From contig CAZYPO010000004.1 in assembly GCA_964649225.1 (NCBI GenBank), forward strand, positions 44,825 through 92,518: a stretch of 47,694 bases of DNA, read 5' to 3'. Below, in pieces: positions 46,315 to 47,694 of this stretch; positions within the stretch are counted from its first letter, which is position 1, and each line of letters opens with the position of its first letter. The position numbers and the translations under genes are program-made. This DNA is from an uncultured Gemmatimonas sp. GTDB taxonomy: Bacteria; Gemmatimonadota; Gemmatimonadetes; Gemmatimonadales; GWC2-71-9. A model generated the notes under the pieces. It ran no database searches. It was given only the letters and a program-made list of their open reading frames with translations, and had not been told where the DNA came from.

Positions 46315-46992
46315 ATGCCCGTTATCCGCTGGCCGCTTCGGGACGCCGTCTCCCGCCTGGAGAAACACTACGGTGCGCTACGGCTCCCAGTCAGCGACCC
46401 GTTCGGACTGGTGCTCTGGGAATGCTGCGCCTACCTGGTCGACGATGCCCGCCGGGCAAAGGTGCATGCCCGGCTGCTCAAGGCCACCGAGGGCAGCCCC
46501 GAGCGCATTGCCGCCATGAAGCAGGGAGCGCTAGCCGAGCTCATCGCGGCGGACGGGGGCATGCAGCCCGCCATGCGGGCGGAAAAACTGCAGCGAGCAG
46601 CGAACCTCGCGTTAGAGGTGGGCCGGGCGGAGCTGCGCGAGCTGTGTCGGAGCGACCCCCGGCGCGCGCGGGCGATTCTCAAGCGTTTTCCCAGCATCGG
46701 CGATCCGGGCGCAGACAGGATTCTGATGGTGACGGGAAGCCTCCGCACCCTCGCGCCGGAATCCAACGGAGCGCGGGTGCTTTGCCGGCTGGGCTTCGGC
46801 AGGAACGACGCGCGCTATGCCCGCATGTATCGCTCGGCGGTGGCGGCAACGGAGCCCGAACTGCCCGACGACCCCGCGTGGTGGGTCAGGGCGCACCTGC
46901 TGCTCAGACTGCACGGGAAGACGCTGTGCAAGAGCAGCGCGCCCCGCTGCAAGGAGTGCCCGCTCGCGCCGCGCTGTCCGAGTGCGCGGTGA
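46315..46992 (+). CDS. Atypical HhH-GPD / endonuclease III-like Fe-S protein
   Basis: DPFGLVLW, HhH-like LKRFPSIGDPGADRIL, HGKTLCKSSAPRCKECPLAPRC; TATCGT 5 nt before ATG 46315. Confidence 0.8.
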   Translation: MPVIRWPLRDAVSRLEKHYGALRLPVSDPFGLVLWECCAYLVDDARRAKVHARLLKATEGSPERIAAMKQGALAELIAADGGMQPAMRAEKLQRAANLALEVGRAELRELCRSDPRRARAILKRFPSIGDPGADRILMVTGSLRTLAPESNGARVLCRLGFGRNDARYARMYRSAVAATEPELPDDPAWWVRAHLLLRLHGKTLCKSSAPRCKECPLAPRCPSAR

Positions 46993-47108
46993 GCACACCG
47001 GCGCTAGCTTCCTCGGCTCGCGCAGGCGGAGACCCGCTCACGAGGTTTTGCCCACAGATTACACCGATGGCACAGATTGATCCGCATTCAAAGGGAACCG
47101 GGATTCTC

Positions 47109-47694
47109 ATGACTAGGCATTTCGGGTCAGTAATTCTGCTGCTGGTGTTTTCCTCCGGCCTGGCCGCGCAGAAGAGCAAGCCGGCTCCGCCAAACGCGAT
47201 TCAGAAAGAATACCAGGCGCTCGCCGACAAGATCATCGCCGCGGCCACGGCGGACAGTGCCGCCTGGAACAAGCTGGCCGAGCTGACCGACGGGTTCGGG
47301 AACCGGATCAGCGGGAGCGAGGCGCTGGAGCGAGCGATCGACTGGATCATCTCCCAGATGCGATCCGAGGGTCTGGAGAACGTGCGCGGCGAGCCGGTGA
47401 TGGTCCCCAAGTGGGTGCGAGGCCACGAAAAGGCCGAGCTACTGCAGCCGCGCTACGTGAACCTGCCGATGCTGGGGCTGGGCGGCAGCGTCGCGACCCC
47501 GAAGGGAGGCATCGAAGCGGAGGTGCTGGTGGTCTCGAGCTTCGACGAGCTCAAGGCTCGGGCGACCGAGGCCAAAGGCAAGATCGTCTTGTTCGACGTG
47601 CCGTTCACGAACTACGGGCAGACCGTGGCGTATCGCGGTATCGGCGCGATCGAGTCGGCCAAGGTGGGAGCAGTGGCGACGCTGATTCGCGCGG
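47109..47694 (+). CDS. Exported M28 family carboxypeptidase Q-like peptidase (partial, runs off the window)
   Basis: Manual translation MTRHFGSVILLLVFSSGLAAQ...LAELTDGFGNRISGSEALERAIDW...VMVPKWVRG...LGLGGSVATP...GKIVLFDVPF. Confidence 0.9.
   Translation, partial: MTRHFGSVILLLVFSSGLAAQKSKPAPPNAIQKEYQALADKIIAAATADSAAWNKLAELTDGFGNRISGSEALERAIDWIISQMRSEGLENVRGEPVMVPKWVRGHEKAELLQPRYVNLPMLGLGGSVATPKGGIEAEVLVVSSFDELKARATEAKGKIVLFDVPFTNYGQTVAYRGIGAIESAKVGAVATLIRA

Overview
A GC-rich, gene-dense bacterial chromosome segment with about 45 CDSs. Gene content and style suggest Gemmatimonadota, but that is inference only. I see no rRNA, tRNA, CRISPR array, integrase or transposase. Main blocks: (i) ECF sigma / anti-sigma / Spy-CpxP-like / TolC / MacAB-type efflux operon (161-6258); (ii) housekeeping genes (cardiolipin-synthase-like PLD, HD protein, cyclophilin, YyaL-like, Nth, PolX-PHP with a degenerate polymerase site, fRMsr-like GAF); (iii) a TM2 / Ser-Thr kinase / SARP-BTAD-ATPase / lipoprotein cluster; (iv) TetR-DinB with a large AT-rich operator, divergent from an ECF sigma / anti-sigma / two exported HEAT-repeat protein operon; (v) a TonB-dependent receptor, several exported peptidases, an ABC-2 exporter and an atypical Nth paralogue. 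Non-gene signals include inverted 7-8-mer repeat arrays (two in-frame inside genes), recurrent leaderless TANNNT promoters, a palindromic two-way RBS, a tandem palindrome and two gene remnants. All family calls come from motif recognition; no database search was run.
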